Below the pieces are notes generated by a model. The model did no database searches and was not told the origin of the DNA. It saw nothing but the letters and a program-made list of their open reading frames with translations. The translations under genes and the position numbers were made by a program. A stretch of 64,000 bases of DNA. Source: Bacteroidia bacterium. GTDB lineage: Bacteria > Bacteroidota > Bacteroidia > JANWJV01. Below are positions 63,290 through 64,000 of the stretch, piece after piece (position 1 is the first letter of the stretch; the number at the start of each line of letters is the position of its first letter). Location of the stretch: positions 1,136 to 65,135 of the forward strand of contig JANWJV010000001.1 of assembly GCA_025451785.1 (NCBI GenBank), given 5' to 3'.

Positions 63290-64000
63290 TCAGTTCATCG
63301 GCACTTCTATGAGAAGCACTTCGGCGTTTTCTTTAGCGGAAATAGCAATTGTATCGGTTTCCCAAATGCCAAGGGCATCACGTTTACTGAGTTCCTTCCC
63401 GTCAACCATTACAGCACCATCCACAACCATAAGGTAAACACCATTGCCTTTGAACTTTAGGTTGTACTCCAGCTCTTTTCCCTTATCGATACGCGCCATG
63501 CTGAACACAGTGTCCTGGTGAAGCCACAAAGCCCCTTCTGTTTCATCAGGAGAGACCAGCACCTGGAATTTGTTGTTGCGTTCTTTCGGATCGAACATCT
63601 TTTGATCATAACGCGGCTGCACATTTTTTAGCTTGGGGAATATCCATACCTGGAACAGGCTGCAATGCTCCGTCTTGGAATGGTTGAACTCCGAATGCAT
63701 GATCCCGGAGCCCGCGCTCATCACCTGCACCTCGTTCTTTTGTATCACACCATGTCCGCCTGCATTGTCGCTGTGCTCCAGCGAGCCTTCCAGTGGAATG
63801 GTAACGATCTCCATGTTATCATGGGGGTGCATGCCGAAGCCCATGCCCGGCGCTATGCGGTCGTCGTTGAGCACACGCAGCATACCGAAATGGACCTTTT
63901 TCTCGTCGTACCAGCCGGCGAAGCTGAAAGAGTGATGCGCGTTGAGCCAGCCATGGTCGGCATGGCCACGTTCGGAAGCGGGATGGAATACTGTTTTCAT
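63290..64000 (-). CDS. Pirin family protein (YhhW-like)
   Basis: RGHADHGWL..HSFSFA, FGMLRVLNDD, GFGMHPHDNMEI, MSAGSGIMHSE, QVWI. The ATG sits exactly at the window edge. Confidence 0.93.
   Translation of the reverse strand: MKTVFHPASERGHADHGWLNAHHSFSFAGWYDEKKVHFGMLRVLNDDRIAPGMGFGMHPHDNMEIVTIPLEGSLEHSDNAGGHGVIQKNEVQVMSAGSGIMHSEFNHSKTEHCSLFQVWIFPKLKNVQPRYDQKMFDPKERNNKFQVLVSPDETEGALWLHQDTVFSMARIDKGKELEYNLKFKGNGVYLMVVDGAVMVDGKELSKRDALGIWETDTIAISAKENAEVLLIEVPMN

Overview
Gene-dense (~45 CDS) chromosomal segment of a Bacteroidota bacterium, judged from TAnnTTTG -7 promoter boxes, A-rich leaders without Shine-Dalgarno sequences, type IX secretion (T9SS) cargo and the bamD-rpoZ-coaBC-porD-recN cluster. 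Housekeeping content: gyrA, clpC, fabI, recN, coaBC, rpoZ, bamD, DEAD-box helicase, LOG, asnB-like amidotransferase, bshB1, glutathione peroxidase, ccmBCDEF (CxxxY-type CcmE), kdsC, a UbiA-family prenyltransferase, maf, YitT, GIY-YIG and pirin. A probable sulfonolipid (capnine) condensing enzyme and a 57-aa histone-H1-like gene missed by the ORF track are also present. Most unusual parts: (1) a ~1500-aa exported protein made of 21 tandem 60-aa helical repeats, overlapping a DUF4846 Cys/His lipoprotein gene; (2) a 15-kb operon of four T9SS type-B adhesin-like genes in an A-B-A'-B' pattern, with conserved stalks/CTDs but different heads; (3) a GT-C/GT2/GT-C-like extracytoplasmic glycosylation cassette; (4) degenerate 7-bp repeat tracts, one intergenic and two inserted in frame into proteins; (5) a disordered KGG stress protein with a strong Shine-Dalgarno; (6) a structured leader on the DEAD-box gene. 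No rRNA, tRNA, CRISPR array, transposase, integrase or prophage gene was recognised. All family assignments come from reading motifs by eye, not from database searches.
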